A DNA stretch of 64,000 nucleotides from an uncultured Planctomycetaceae bacterium (lineage in GTDB: Bacteria; Planctomycetota; Planctomycetia; Planctomycetales; Planctomycetaceae). Position 1 is the first letter of the stretch; each line of letters begins with the position of its first letter. Shown one piece after another: positions 11,208-21,057 of this stretch. Position numbers and translations under genes: made by a program. The stretch spans positions 480,001-544,000 of the forward strand of contig CAWFGE010000023.1 of assembly GCA_963815195.1 (NCBI GenBank), in the 5' to 3' direction. The notes under the pieces were generated by a model. That model saw only the letters and a program-made list of their open reading frames with translations. It did no database searches and was not told the DNA's origin.

Positions 11208-11238
11208 TTGATAACCGAGGACCACTGACGCATCATTC

Positions 11239-12680
11239 ATGGCGAAGTCTCGTTCCCAGACGCGATTGAACAGCCGGCTTTCTTCGGCGGCGACGCCCTT
11301 GGCGCTCATCGGCAAGGATCGCAAGGTGCTGTTTTTCAACCACGGGTTTGAACGGCTCACGGGGTGGGGCGCGGACCTGGTGCTCGGCTCCGTGTGCGAA
11401 TACACGACCGAAGGCGATCCGCAAACCGTGCGGGCTTTGTTGGGAAGTCTGTGCCCGCCGCCGCGGGTGTTCGAGGGCCAGCCTGTGGAGGCCCCGGCCA
11501 CTCTGCCTCGCCAAAGCGGGCCGCCCGTGACCCGGTGGCTCAAGCACGTGCCGTTGTTGGACGACTCTGGCCAGGTGGATTGTGTGCTGGTCGTCTTGGA
11601 AGAACTCCGATCGTCTCAAACCTCCGTCGCCGATTCGCCGGCGCAGCGGCTGCATGCGGAATTGACTTCGCTCCGCGCCGGCTGCGGAGCCGATTCGGAA
11701 TGAGCACGATCATCGCCAACAGCGAAGCCATGCTCCGCGTCGTGCAGCAGGTGCAATTGGCGATCGCCGGTCGCTCGGCGTTGGTGTTGGAAGGCGAAGC
11801 GGGCACCGGCAAGGAGCACATCGCCCGCGTAATCCATCACGAGACCGCCCGCAGGATTCACGAGGCCCTCGATTTTCGGCAAGCGTCGTTCGTGCCTTTG
11901 GACTGCGCCAGGATGCTGCCCATCGACCTCAAGCGAACGCTCAGGCGGATGTTTAAGAGCGTCCGGCAAGACGCTGAAGAAGAATCTTCGCCCGAGCCGA
12001 CGATGACGCCGGGCACCGTCTTTTTGCAGAACGTGGACGCCATGCCCCGCGATGTGCAGGAGTTCGTCGCCGACTCGTTTCCGGAAACAGTCGGCGATAG
12101 CGGTTTGCGATTGATGGCCGGGACTGCGGAGGATTTGGATGCGCTGGTCGAGTCCGGGGCGATGCGGACGGATTTTTTTTATCTCATCTCTCCGCTGCGG
12201 ATTTCGCTGCCGACGTTGCAAAACCGGCCGCGGGATTTGGAACTGTTGGCCCAGGCGTTTTTGGAGCGGATGAACGTGGGGGCCGACCGCCAGTTGGAAG
12301 GCTTCAGCGCGGAGGTCTGGAAGGAGCTTCGCGAATACAACTGGCCCGCCAATCTGGACGAGTTGGCGGCGGTCATCGAAGAGGCCCGCACCGCCTGCCA
12401 GGATGTCATCATCGGCAAAGATGATCTGCCGTTCCGGTTCCGCATGGGCCGCGACGCCCAATCCGTCGGTCCGGCCTTCGAACCCAAGGCCCGGCCTTTG
12501 GAGCCGTTTCTCGAACAGGTGGAGCGCGAGCAAATCGAATTGGCCTTGGAAGACGCCCGCTACAACAAAAAGAAAGCCGCCGACCTGTTGGGCCTGACCC
12601 GCGCGAAACTCTACCGCCGGATGGAAACCCTGGGCATCGCCGATGAAAACGAAAGCGCATCGGCCAGCGACGAAAACTAG
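11239..12680 (+). CDS. PAS + sigma54-interaction-like AAA+ + Fis HTH regulator; frameshift near 11685
   Basis: GEAGTGKE, FVPLDC, YNWPANLDEL, AADLLGLTRAKLYRRM; no GAFTGA. Confidence 0.8.
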
Positions 12681-12784
12681 CCGCTTCTGGGTGGACGATG
12701 TTTGTGCGTTTGTGCAAAAAGCGCGGCGGAATTGCGTATAGGATTAGGGAGGAGGCGTTTGGTTCGCTCAAGGCGGGGGGAAAC

Positions 12785-13604
12785 ATGCAGTTTCATCGGC
12801 AAACGGCGGTTCGGCTGGCGGATGTTTACCGCCGGCTGCGAAGCCATTTCGATTATTCGCATCCCTGGTGGCCGGGGACGCCGTTCCAGATCACGCTTAC
12901 GGCGGTCTTGGTGCAGCAGTGCGATTGGGCCGTGGCGTGGGAAGCCGTGCTCCGGCTGGAAGCGGGGGGCGTGAAGAGTCTCGTCGATCTGGCCGACCAC
13001 GAGGCCGAACGCGTCTGGGAAGCCATTCGCCGCGTGACGTTTGCCCGCAAAAAGTCGGAGCGGCTGGTGGAGATCGCGGAATGGGTCCGCGGAGCAGGGT
13101 TTGAGACTTTCGAGGCGTTCCTCTCCACGGACCGCGACACGCGGATTGTGCGGACGGAAGTGCTCGGCCGGCGGGGCGTCGGTCCCGAAACGGCGGACTG
13201 CCTGCTGGGATTCGCGTCCGAGCATCCGGTGTTTGTCGTGGATGCCTACACGCGGCGGATTTTCGAGCGGCTGAGCGTGGTGCCGAACCTCTCCGCCGAC
13301 TTTTGGCGGAAAGGCCGCTACGAGGAACTCCAGGAATTCTTCGAGCCTGCACCTCCTCGGCGACCTGACTTTGTATGATGAGTTCGACTTCCCGCCGGAA
13401 TTGTCCCGCGAGGTGGCGATCCTCAGGGACTATCACGCCCTGCTCGTCGAGCTGGGAAAACACCACTGTTTGAAGACCAACCCCCACTGCCATAAGACCG
13501 GAAAACCCGGCTGGCAGAATTACGTCTCCTGCCAAAACCATTGCCTGTCCAAACTGTGCACCGCCTGTCCGCTGTCGGACCTCTGCCAATTTCCGATGAA
13601 ATGA
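12785..13604 (+). CDS. Endonuclease III-like HhH-GPD glycosylase; frameshift near 13350
   Basis: AVLVQQ, GVGPETAD, FVVDAYTRRI, YHALLVELGKHHC, C-terminal Cys cluster. Confidence 0.85.
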
Positions 13605-13748
13605 ACGGCCAAAGGCGAATCCACCCTTGCCGGAGCGAGCGAGGAATGGCACATTAAACATGGGTTTTCCGGTTCGGGAGGCCCCATCGGATGAAGCCCG
13701 TGTTACTTTGAATCGAGGAAACGAACCATTAAAGGCCCCGGATTAAGA

Positions 13749-14255
13749 TTGGGATTGGATGTCCGCCGCATTTGGGAATGCCCCGCGTGCGGCCGACGGG
13801 CGAAGCGGCACGGCGACATCACGCAGAACCGCTGCGCTTGCCAGGATCCGCCTGCGCGGATGCGTTTGGTGGAAGAGCCGCGGCCGGCCCGCGAATATCA
13901 GCCTTACATTGTCCCCGAAATGGATGCGGACGAACTCGCGGACGGCGAGGAAATGCCGGCGGCGGACGCTCCTCCGGAAGAAATGGCCGACGCGGTGATC
14001 GAAACGGACGCCCCTCCGGAAGAGAGCCCACCGGAGGCCGACGAACCGCCGCCTCCCCAGGAAGCGGCCGAGCTTGAGACCGCCACACTCGAAACAGAAG
14101 AGGCGGTTTCCGAGACGCCGGCAGCGGACGAGGAAGCCGCGGCCGATTCGCCGATAGAAAATAAACCGGATGCGACGTCCCGCAAGGGCCGCTCTCGCCG
14201 CCGGCGGTCTCGCAAACGTTCGCGGGACCGCGGCTCGCAAGGCGAAGGGGCATAG
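13749..14255 (+). CDS. Hypothetical protein: CPxCG zinc-ribbon-like N-terminus, acidic middle, Arg-rich tail
   Basis: WECPACG..CAC; possible upstream ATT start at 13728. Confidence 0.6.
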   Translation: MGLDVRRIWECPACGRRAKRHGDITQNRCACQDPPARMRLVEEPRPAREYQPYIVPEMDADELADGEEMPAADAPPEEMADAVIETDAPPEESPPEADEPPPPQEAAELETATLETEEAVSETPAADEEAAADSPIENKPDATSRKGRSRRRRSRKRSRDRGSQGEGA

Positions 14256-14340
14256 ACGAGCGTTTTGATCTTTTTTCGTTGGACACGACCAGGCGGCACC
14301 GACGGCAGGTTGGTCCGCTCGCCTTTGACTTCTCGATCCG

Positions 14341-15249
14341 ATGCCCAACTACACTCGCAAACACCGGACTTTGCATTGGCCGATCACCATGAGCGTCTCG
14401 CTGATGATGCTCAACGTGGCGCTGATGGTGGGCTGGATTGTGCTCGCGGCCCAGATCAAAGAATGGAACGTGCTGACCATCGGCACAATCGCCTTCGCGC
14501 TGATTCTCGTCGGTTTGACGTTTTATATGGTGCTGACGATCAAGGAAGTCCGCGTCAGCCAGCAGCAGGCGAACTTCGTGGACAGCGTCACGCATGAACT
14601 CAAATCGCCCATCGCTTCATTGCGGCTGTATTTGGAAACCATGCAGATGCGGCCCCTGAGCGAAGAGCAGCGGGTGGAGTTTTACGGAGTGATGGAGGCG
14701 GAGCTTACGCGGCTGAACCGGCTCATCAATCACCTGCTCGAAGTCGGCCGGCTCGACGCCATCGGCCAGGAGTCCGAACCCGAGGACATTCTGCTCGAGC
14801 CGTTTCTCCGCAAATGCGCCGCGAACGCCTGCACGCTCTACAACTTGGATATGGACAACGTCATCAAGTTCGACATCGAACCGGCCGTCATTAACGGCCG
14901 GCCGTTGGTCTTACAAATGATCTTCGGGAACCTTTTGGACAACGCCCTCAAATACGCCGGCGTTCCGCCCCGCGTGGAAGTCGAGGTGCGGATCAAGAAC
15001 CGCGGCCGGGTTGTCACACGGATCCTGGACAATGGTCAGGGCGTCCCGTCCAACTTGCGGAAGAAGATCTTTCAGATTTTTTTCCGCGCCGGCAACGAAT
15101 TGGAGCGGACCCGCCAAGGCACCGGGTTAGGGCTTTACATCGTCAAGACGCTTGTCCATATAATGAAAGGAAAAATCGCCGTCCGAGACCGCGAAGCAGA
15201 ACCGGGAAGTTCGTTCGAAATCGAACTGCCGGGGAGGGCTGTCACGTGA
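14341..15249 (+). CDS. Sensor histidine kinase
   Basis: 2 TM, THELKSPI, NLLDNALKY, DNGQG, GTGLGL. Confidence 0.93.
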   Translation: MPNYTRKHRTLHWPITMSVSLMMLNVALMVGWIVLAAQIKEWNVLTIGTIAFALILVGLTFYMVLTIKEVRVSQQQANFVDSVTHELKSPIASLRLYLETMQMRPLSEEQRVEFYGVMEAELTRLNRLINHLLEVGRLDAIGQESEPEDILLEPFLRKCAANACTLYNLDMDNVIKFDIEPAVINGRPLVLQMIFGNLLDNALKYAGVPPRVEVEVRIKNRGRVVTRILDNGQGVPSNLRKKIFQIFFRAGNELERTRQGTGLGLYIVKTLVHIMKGKIAVRDREAEPGSSFEIELPGRAVT

Positions 15250-16022
15250 GACTGTTGATTGTTGAAGATGAACCGGCCATGGCGGATGGCCTCAAGTTCA
15301 ACTTTGAATCCGAAGGCTACGATGTCTCCGTCGCCGGAGACGGCTTCCGGGCGTTGGAACTGTTTGAAGAAACCTGCCGGCCCCCGGACGACGGCAAAGA
15401 GCGGCCCCCCGCCTTCGATGCGATCGTGTTGGACCTGATGCTGCCGGGCATGAGCGGGTACGAAACCTGCCGGCGGATCCGCGAACTCGATCCGCACGTG
15501 CCCGTGTTGGTGTTGAGCGCACGCACGCTGGCGGAAGACCGCATGCTGGCGTTCGACGCGGGCACCGATCAGTATCTCACCAAGCCGTTCGAACTGGCGG
15601 AACTGCTCAACCGGGTGCGAAACGTCATCGAACGCCACCGCAGCAAGACCGCCCCGGAACACCGCCCGCCCGCCGACGAATCCTCCGGTCCCAAGCGCTA
15701 TGTGTTTCCTCAGTTCGAGCTGAATTTGAAGCGGTACGAGCTCAAAGTCGGGGACGAGGTCCACACCCTCACGCCGCGGGAGTTGGAACTCCTCCGCTAC
15801 TTCATCGAGCACGAAGGCACCGTGCTTTCGCGGGGGAAAATCCTCAAAGACGTCTGGGACGAGCCGTCGGACCTCAATTCGCGGACCATCGACAACTTCG
15901 TGCTCCGCCTGAGGAAATACATCGAGCCCGACCCCGCCAATCCGCAGCACATTCTTTCCGTCCGCGGGGCCGGCTACCGCTTCGTCGCGGAGCCCGAGGC
16001 CCAGAAGCAATCCTCTTCGTGA
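15246..16022 (+). CDS. OmpR-family response regulator
   Basis: VEDE, LDLMLP, KPF, winged-helix RGAGYRF; GTGA overlap with the kinase. Confidence 0.93.
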   Translation: MRLLIVEDEPAMADGLKFNFESEGYDVSVAGDGFRALELFEETCRPPDDGKERPPAFDAIVLDLMLPGMSGYETCRRIRELDPHVPVLVLSARTLAEDRMLAFDAGTDQYLTKPFELAELLNRVRNVIERHRSKTAPEHRPPADESSGPKRYVFPQFELNLKRYELKVGDEVHTLTPRELELLRYFIEHEGTVLSRGKILKDVWDEPSDLNSRTIDNFVLRLRKYIEPDPANPQHILSVRGAGYRFVAEPEAQKQSSS

Positions 16023-16046
16023 GGGCAAAACCTTGCGGCGGCCGCG

Positions 16047-16296
16047 TTAGTGGCCCGGCGACGGCGGCGGCTGTCTTTCTTGTTGAGCCTTCTTGCGGGC
16101 GGAAAGGGCGAGCGCCAGCCAGATGAACGCATAGCCTGTGGCGGTGAGCGCCTCCGATGCCCATCCCCAGTTTGCCGGCCCGAAGTTCGCCCGGAACGCC
16201 GGCGATGGGATGCGTGTGAATCCGCCAGACCCCGGCAAGGCCGGCGGCCAGCATTAACACCGTCCAGCATCCGCAGGGCAGAATCAATCGTTTCAT
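16047..16296 (-). CDS. Small membrane protein, frameshifted
   Basis: MKRLILP.. joins ..GYAFIWLALAL in another frame; lies downstream of prmC. Confidence 0.4.
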
Positions 16297-16310
16297 GGCG
16301 GAAGCGATGG

Positions 16311-17215
16311 TTAGAAGTTGTCGGTCCGGACCTGCGCCGCGGCGACGCGGGCCAGCCCCGCAAGATCTTTGAGGATGCGGACGTTCTCGTACCGGCCGTC
16401 GCGATTCATCAAGGCTTCGACCGTCCCGCTTTGCTCGGGGGCGATCTCCATTAGCAACCCGCCGCCGGGGATTAAATAGCTCGGCGCCTCCTGGATCAGC
16501 GTGCGGATCAAATCCAGACCGTCGGCTCCGGAAACCAAAGCCCCCTTGGGTTCGTGGAGCCTGACATCGGGTTGGAGTTGATCGAGTTCGCCCTCGGCCA
16601 CGTAAGGCGGATTGCTGACGATAAGATCAAACTCCGCCCCCGCGGGCAACGGCGAAAACCCATCACCCAATAGGAACGTGATCTGGTCGCCGACGTTGTT
16701 CGCCTCGGCGTTTTCCGTCGCGATGGCGAGAGCCGGTTCGCTGATCTCGATCGCGGTGACATTCGCGGATTTGAGATTGGACGCAATCGCTACCCCGATG
16801 CAGCCCGAGCCGGTGCCCACGTCCAGAATCCTCGGCGACGCCAGCGACTTGGCGAGCGTCAACACTTCCATCACCAGCGTCTCGGTATCGGGACGCGGGA
16901 TCAACACGTCCGCCGTCACCCGGAACGGTAAGCCATAAAACTCGCGATGCCCCACGAGATACGCCACCGGCTCGGCCATGGCCCGCCGCTGCACCAACTC
17001 CCGCATCTCCGCCCGCTCTTCATCCGTGAGGACTTCCTCGAACCGCGTGTAAAGCTCGATCCGTTTGCAGCTCCCGCATGGGCCAGGAGGATCTCGGCAT
17101 CCAACCGCGGCGACTCGCTGCCATGCTTCGACAGATGCGCCGTGGTCCACTCCAAAATCCGCCGGACCGTCCACGGTTCGTTCGAATTGTTTGAGTTATG
17201 CGGCACGGCGGACAT
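16311..17215 (-). CDS. prmC: Release factor N5-glutamine methyltransferase; frameshift near 17075
   Basis: [38 protein letters not shown]. Confidence 0.93.
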
Positions 17216-17299
17216 TCCAGTCACCAAAAAAGGCGAGCGGGGGGCGTCAGCCCCCTGGTTACTTACGGTCAAGAGTTGACAATGTTTGCACGCGACTGT

Positions 17300-17530
17300 C
17301 TACCACTCATCGGGATCTATCTTTTCACATTCCGCTTCGATAGCTTGGGACATGGCGTCCAGATCGGATTCTTCAATCGCTCCCGCAAATCGCAGTAAAT
17401 CCTGCCCGTGAACGCCTTGAAGCGGCCGCGATGCGAGATTTCGCGCGAACTCCAGCACTTGGCGTTGTTGCTCAATCGTCAGTTTGCTCAGGTGATTGGA
17501 CAACTCGGATTCAATCGAGGAATCGACCAT
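17300..17530 (-). CDS. Small DUF2281-like / antitoxin-like protein
   Basis: LTIEQQRQVLEFARNL...LLRFAGAI...IDPDEW. Confidence 0.55.
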   Translation of the reverse strand: MVDSSIESELSNHLSKLTIEQQRQVLEFARNLASRPLQGVHGQDLLRFAGAIEESDLDAMSQAIEAECEKIDPDEW

Positions 17531-17532
17531 TT

Positions 17533-17955
17533 TTACAACGAGTTCCAAAGATACATCGATTTCTTAGTGTCAACGGCACGTTGTGATAAGGCGCGAAGTT
17601 GTATGAGGATATCTTGAAAATCCGCCGCCGACCAACCCAGTTCTTCCGCCGTCATGTCGGCACAGCATTGGGCTACGTCTGGCACTTGAGAATCCGTCAA
17701 CTCTGCGAGTGATTTCGTCATGTCCGCGGGGACGCCCATCGTCCAATCTTCGGCATCTTCCGGGCTGAGCAGGGGAAACTCGTCAAGCAAATCAATCGGA
17801 TCGTCTTCGCCCCGGAGCACCGCCGAGATTCCGGCGGCTTCCAGTGGAGTGATGTATTTGAACTGGCAGCGATCTTCGGCAGGAAAGTCTTCAGTGGAAC
17901 CATATTCCAAAAAAGAATCAGGAGTGGCGATGAAGAAATCACTCAAGATCGACAT
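17533..17955 (-). CDS. Acidic hypothetical protein
   Basis: 140 aa ORF MSILSDFFIATP...MYLWNSL, lower GC than flanks. Confidence 0.65.
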   Translation of the reverse strand: MSILSDFFIATPDSFLEYGSTEDFPAEDRCQFKYITPLEAAGISAVLRGEDDPIDLLDEFPLLSPEDAEDWTMGVPADMTKSLAELTDSQVPDVAQCCADMTAEELGWSAADFQDILIQLRALSQRAVDTKKSMYLWNSL

Positions 17956-18004
17956 TTCCCCGTGCTCCTTGAAACCAGGGGGCTGACGCCCCCCGCTCGC
18001 CTTC

Positions 18005-19084
18005 TTAGTTCTTCCCGGCAGCGCCGCCGCCCAGGCGTTCCTGGCGGTCGAACTCCAACAGGGCTTCGATGAGTTCGTCGAGATTGCCCTGCATGATTTG
18101 ATCGAGCTTGTACAGCGTGAGGTTGATGCGGTGGTCGGTCACCCGGCCTTGGGGGAAATTGTAGGTGCGGATTCGTTGGCTGCGGTCGCCGGAGCCGATC
18201 AGCGTCCGCCGGGCGTCGGCGCGGGCGGCGGCGGCTTCGCGCTGCTTGGCTTCCAGGACCCGGCTTCTTAAAATCCGCATCGCGCGGGCTTTGTTTTTGT
18301 GCTGGCTTTTTTCGTCCTGGCATTTGACGACCGTGCCCGTTGGCAGGTGCGTGATGCGCACCGCGGATTCGGTCTTGTTCACTTTTTGCCCGCCCGGACC
18401 GCCCGCCCGCATCGTGTCGATCTGCAAATCCTCTTCGCGGATCTCCACATCGACTTCGCTGGCTTCGGGGAGCACGGCCACGGTCGCGGCGCTTGTGTGA
18501 ATCCGCCCCTGCGTTTCGGTTTCGGGAACCCGCTGGACGCGGTGGCCGCCGCTCTCGAATTGCAGCTCGTGAAAGGCCCCCTCGCCGGTGACGGAAAACG
18601 TGATTTCCTTGTAGCCGCCCATTTCGGAGGGGCTGACGTCCATCACCTCCATTTTCCAGCCGCGTTCTTCGATAAAGCGCTTATACATCTCGAACAGATC
18701 GCCGGCGAAGATGCCCGCCTCATCGCCGCCGGTGCCCGCGCGGATTTCCATAATCAGGCCGCCGTAGGTGATCGCATCCCCCGCCGCCGCGAGGTCTTCG
18801 AGATCGGTCTTCAGCTTCTCCTGCTTTTCGAGAAGCTCGTCGAGCTCGGCCTGGGCGTAGGCCTTGGCGGCGGGGTCGGTTTCCTCTTCGAGCATCATCT
18901 GGGCGGCTTCGATGTCCGCCTCGCGGTTGTAGTAGTCCCGCACCGCGTGGGCGACCTTTTGCAAGCCCCCGTATTCCCGCTGGACGGCGATCATGCGGTC
19001 GGTGTTCGAGAGGACTTCCGGATCCTGGAGCTGTTTTTCCAACTCCTGAAAGCGTTTGTATTTGGAGTCGAGACTGGGAAACAT
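18005..19084 (-). CDS. prfA: Peptide chain release factor 1
   Basis: [10 protein letters not shown] (PxT), [15 protein letters not shown]. Confidence 0.97.
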   Translation of the reverse strand: MFPSLDSKYKRFQELEKQLQDPEVLSNTDRMIAVQREYGGLQKVAHAVRDYYNREADIEAAQMMLEEETDPAAKAYAQAELDELLEKQEKLKTDLEDLAAAGDAITYGGLIMEIRAGTGGDEAGIFAGDLFEMYKRFIEERGWKMEVMDVSPSEMGGYKEITFSVTGEGAFHELQFESGGHRVQRVPETETQGRIHTSAATVAVLPEASEVDVEIREEDLQIDTMRAGGPGGQKVNKTESAVRITHLPTGTVVKCQDEKSQHKNKARAMRILRSRVLEAKQREAAAARADARRTLIGSGDRSQRIRTYNFPQGRVTDHRINLTLYKLDQIMQGNLDELIEALLEFDRQERLGGGAAGKN

Positions 19085-19216
19085 GGGAAAAACCAAAATC
19101 GAGAGACGAATGCGAGGGCCGAAACAAAACACGGGGCCAGCGCAAGCCCATCCGTGACTCTCTCACCGATTTTGCCATCGGCGGGCGGAGTCCGGCTTCG
19201 GGCACCTCGAACGCCT

Positions 19217-19504
19217 TTACGATTCGGCCTGTTCTTCGGCCGGTTTGTTCTGGCGGCGTTTTTCCCAGTTGTATTTCTTCTGGAATTTTTCGACCCGGCC
19301 GGCGGAATCGACGTACTTCATCTTGCCGGTGAAGAACGGATGGGAAGCGGAGCTCACTTCAACCTTAACAAGAGGATAGGTGTTGCCGTCTTCCCATTCG
19401 ATCGTTTCTTTCGAGGTGATCGTGGAGCGGGTGAAGAACTTGGCCCCCGTGGAAGTGTCCAAAAACACGACGGGGTGGTAATCGGGATGAATGTCTTTCT
19501 GCAT
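19217..19504 (-). CDS. rpmE2: 50S ribosomal protein L31 type B
   Basis: [25 protein letters not shown]; no Cys. Confidence 0.95.
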   Translation of the reverse strand: MQKDIHPDYHPVVFLDTSTGAKFFTRSTITSKETIEWEDGNTYPLVKVEVSSASHPFFTGKMKYVDSAGRVEKFQKKYNWEKRRQNKPAEEQAES

Positions 19505-19770
19505 GGTCCTGCCAGTCTCTACCGAAATGTGCGAAAAAAGCCCCGTTAAGGAATTGGGGGCATGGACAGCGGGTGCATAGCGAATTGTATAGTTTACGCG
19601 GGCAAAGGGAAGTCAACAAGGTTGCAATTTGTCCTTGGGATTTCTCGGATTTCCCGTGTCGGTTGATCGCCGGGCCGGGTTTGGGGGATGATGGTAAGAG
19701 GGAATACCGGGGCAGCGGGCCCTGTGCGAGTGACGGGTTTTGGATTTCTTCAGCATCAGAAAGGGTCGTG

Positions 19771-20913
19771 ATGAAAACTTCTCTCTCCCGCCGGGCGTTT
19801 TTGGGGTCGGCGGCGGCGTTCTCCACGTCGGCCGCGTTCGGGTTTGCGGTCAACAAAAAGTCGGCCCCCGCCGCGAAGGTCCAGGACCTTCGCGTGATCA
19901 GCAAAACGCCCGAGATTTATCACGGTTGGCCCACGCTCACCCGGCGGGCGAACGGGCAACTCTTGGTGGTGTGGTCCGGCGGACGGGAAGGCCATGTCTG
20001 CCCGTTCGGCCGCGTCGATATGATGCGGTCCCACGACGACGGCGAAACCTGGACCTGGCCGCGAACTCTCTTGGACGGGGCCATCGACGACCGCGATTCG
20101 GGCATTCTGGAAACCGCCCAAGGCAGCCTCTTGGTGACGACCTTCACCTCCCTCGCCTACGAAGCTTATTTGAAAAAACAGCCAACGGAACAACAGGAAC
20201 GCTGGCTCGCCGCCCATCGCAGGCTCAATGACCAACAACGAAAGGCCGAGCTCGGCGAATGGATGATCCGCTCGACCGACGGCGGCATCACCTGGTCCGA
20301 GCGGTATCCCACGATCGTCAACAGCCCGCACGGACCGGTCCAACTCGCCGACGGGCGGCTGTTGTATGCCGGGAAGAAGTTGTGGACGAGCGATAAACAA
20401 GTCGGCGTTTGCGAATCGGCCGACGACGGACGGACCTGGAAATGGCTCGCCGCCATTCCGGCCCGCGACGGCGATTCCTTCAGCAACTACCACGAACTCC
20501 ACGCGGTCGAAATCGGCGGCAAGATTCTCGTCCACATTCGCAACCACAATCAGGCCAACAGCCGCGAAACGCTGCAGGCCGAATCGACCGACGGCGGCCG
20601 GACCTGGACGAAGCCGCGGTCCATCGGCGTATGGGGGCTGCCTTCGTTTCTCACCAAGCTCCAAGACGGCCGATTGCTGATGACCTACGGACATCGCCGG
20701 CCGCCCTTCGGCAACCAGGCCCGCATCAGCGAAGATGCCGGCCAGACCTGGAGCGAGCCCTTGATGATCTCCACCGACGGCGCCGGCGGGGACCTGGGCT
20801 ATCCCAGCACGGTCCAACTCCCAGACGGCTCGCTGGTCACGGTGTGGTACGAAAACATGAAGTCCTCCCCCTACGCCGTCTTAAGACAAGCCCGCTGGTC
20901 GATCGAGAGCTAA
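19771..20913 (+). CDS. Sialidase-family (BNR repeat) protein, Tat leader
   Basis: SRRAFL; Asp-boxes SHDDGETW, STDGGITW, SADDGRTW, STDGGRTW; DLGYP. Confidence 0.88.
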   Translation: MKTSLSRRAFLGSAAAFSTSAAFGFAVNKKSAPAAKVQDLRVISKTPEIYHGWPTLTRRANGQLLVVWSGGREGHVCPFGRVDMMRSHDDGETWTWPRTLLDGAIDDRDSGILETAQGSLLVTTFTSLAYEAYLKKQPTEQQERWLAAHRRLNDQQRKAELGEWMIRSTDGGITWSERYPTIVNSPHGPVQLADGRLLYAGKKLWTSDKQVGVCESADDGRTWKWLAAIPARDGDSFSNYHELHAVEIGGKILVHIRNHNQANSRETLQAESTDGGRTWTKPRSIGVWGLPSFLTKLQDGRLLMTYGHRRPPFGNQARISEDAGQTWSEPLMISTDGAGGDLGYPSTVQLPDGSLVTVWYENMKSSPYAVLRQARWSIES

Positions 20914-21057
20914 ATGGCGAGGGGTGGTGTCAGCCCCGGGTTCTTCCCTTTGGAGAGTCGCTCATCTTTTCCAGAAACGAACCACGCCCTGCTCTAGCCA
21001 AAACCCTCGGGATGTTGCGATGATGCCGTTTTTGGAGCAAACAAAAAAGGACGCAAA

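Larger units (their letters stand above)
17231..18002. repeat. Perfect 30-bp inverted REP pair (17231-17260 and 17973-18002) flanking two genes
   Basis: aggcgagcggggggcgtcagccccctggtt and its exact reverse complement. Confidence 0.85.

Noticed and set aside
16311..17215. prmC, purF and argH as true pseudogenes
   Set aside because: Motifs are intact on both sides of isolated indels, so sequencing error is more parsimonious.
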